Positions 63,085-64,000 of a DNA stretch of 64,000 nucleotides are shown piece by piece. The notes beneath the pieces are model-generated. The model did not search any database. It saw only the letters and a program-made list of their open reading frames with translations, and was not told the origin of the DNA. Source of the DNA: the human T2T-CHM13v2.0 reference genome, Homo sapiens; assembly GCF_009914755.1 (NCBI RefSeq), contig NC_060946.1. One strand, given 5' to 3'. Every line of letters begins with the position of its first letter. The first letter of the stretch is position 1. The position numbers and the translations under genes are program-made.

Positions 63085-63825
63085 TAGAGAAACCACATTA
63101 GAAAGTATAGTGAAATGCTCAGAGTGCTTTATAAAAGCAATGGATTGTCATCCCATAAAGCTTCTTAATAGATCAAGAAAGAAGGCTGAGGTGACCTTGC
63201 ATAAACATGCAAGAGGTGGCGGGTGGTTTTCCCTGCTCCTTTCCTTCAGGTGTTTAACTCCAATGTGCTATTGGGACTGTATATAACATGACAAAAGAAT
63301 CACTAAAAAAGTGAAATGCTGGTGGTACACTTGGTGCTAACAAACTTAGTAGTAATAATCTTTAATCAGGAGTCACAGACTTCTACATCTGTGGTTGAGC
63401 TTGAAGAAGTCTACGAAGCCCCCACATGGTAAATAAAATAATGTAAATGAGTGAATGGGCACATTCACACGTGACCACATTTTCCTATGGTCAATCAATA
63501 ATTCTCCAGTACAGAGAAAAGGACCCTCAGACAGAAGGGGAAATTTCAGCTCTTATTTAGCTACTTACTTGAATTGTTGCCTTGGATAAGTCACTTTACC
63601 TCTGTGTGCTTCAATTTCCTCATCTTTCCAGAGGGAATATTTGCCTCATCTACTTCAAAAGGGGTGTTTGGGAGAATAAGATGAGAAAATACAATGAAAG
63701 TGGTCCAAAACAATCAAAAGAGTTATCTCTTTTTAAATCACCATTCAGCCACTGATAAGAATCTTGTCTGCAGATGGTTCTCATCTATTTAGGAAGGAAC
63801 AGTGAAAGAATAAGGAAAGCAAACA

Positions 63826-64000
63826 GGCCGGGTGTGGTGGCACACACCTGTGGTCCCAGCTACTCAGGAGGCTGAGGTGGGAGAATCACTTGCACCCCAG
63901 GGGTCAAGGCTGCAGTGAGCCATGTTCATGCCACTGCACTCCAGTATGGGTGACAGAGCAAGACCCTGTCTCAAAAACCAAACCAAACCAACAACAACAA
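63826..64000 (+). mobile_element. FRAM / AluJ right arm with (CAAAC)/(CAA)n tail
   Basis: ggccgggtgtggtggcacacacctgtggtcccagc...ggtcaaggctgcagtgagcc. Confidence 0.88.

Overview
Primate, most likely human, genomic DNA: AT-rich, CpG-depleted and dominated by interspersed repeats (about 40 Alu/FLAM copies, L2, MIR, old L1M, MaLR and ERV1 LTRs, Tigger/Charlie DNA-transposon fossils). There is no intact multi-codon gene; nearly all track ORFs are Alu, microsatellite or chance ORFs. The one clear gene-derived feature is a full-length, disabled processed pseudogene of NDUFA9 on the minus strand (about 24869-26171). From memory, NDUFA9P1 lies on 22q12.3 in the large 5' intronic region of RBFOX2, so the window is probably RBFOX2 intron; this is inference and no known RBFOX2 exon was seen. 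The main observations are: (1) two minus-strand candidate exons ending in strong phase-0 donors that encode short N-termini (MMYLW at 22565-22579; MMTTFLPSGIVGGMEDM at 59880-59930), as expected for alternative RBFOX2 5' exons; (2) the pseudogene is joined directly to the A-tail of an AluJ and the two share one outer TSD; (3) a pre-miRNA-sized hairpin with a perfect 25-bp stem and a perfect 24-bp palindrome flank a microsatellite; (4) several short inverted-repeat, template-switch-like mutation scars, one of which frameshifts the pseudogene; (5) a tail-less Alu with a perfect 17-bp TSD. Repeat subfamilies were called by eye and their boundaries are approximate.
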